Shown: in pieces, positions 57,856 to 57,856 of the stretch
How the letters are laid out: the number at the start of each line of letters is the position of its first letter
Position numbering within the stretch: the first letter of the stretch is position 1
Source of the DNA: Candidatus Nomurabacteria bacterium
Lineage (GTDB): Bacteria > Patescibacteriota > Minisyncoccia > Phycocordibacterales > UBA9973
DNA length: 57,856 nt
Direction of reading: 5' to 3'
Assembly: GCA_025361085.1 (NCBI GenBank)
Contig: JANYAX010000018.1
Location: forward strand, 1 to 57,856
Made by a program: the position numbers and the translations under genes
The notes under the pieces: model-generated
What the model saw: only the letters and a program-made list of their open reading frames with translations
Told to the model about the DNA's origin: nothing
Databases searched by the model: none

Positions 57856-57856
57856 G

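Noticed and set aside
1-57856. Alternative genetic code (TGA = Gly)
   Set aside because: Long genes are uninterrupted under code 11 and TGA ends ORFs at 4455 and 26232

Overview
57.9 kb of an AT-rich, standard-code (TGA used as stop) bacterial chromosome. Gene content and layout (rpoBC-dnaG-rpoD, rpsB-tsf, rpsP-khpA-trmD, rpmF-nusB-rnc-short smc, pilM/N/O, tRNA-Arg(GCG), mostly leaderless genes) suggest a Patescibacteria/CPR (Parcubacteria-like) organism; this is inference from motifs, not a database result. Housekeeping genes are interleaved with 7 tRNA genes, a CsoR-regulated copper cluster, a large serine recombinase bracketed by a 99-bp perfect inverted repeat and reading into tRNA-Leu, one IS, a RAYT-type Y1 transposase with REP-like palindromes, and several families of palindromic repeats, some inserted in frame in proteins. 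The most striking observation is a second, Bacteroidota-type primary sigma factor with a duplicated region 4. It is one of five dispersed genes with A-rich, SD-less leaders unlike the leaderless resident genes, a candidate set of host-derived or host-directed genes. Also notable: a circularly permuted DsbA, a PilM-PilN fusion, tRNA 3' ends built into long downstream hairpins, and a 72-bp tandem array of tRNA-Thr 3' halves.
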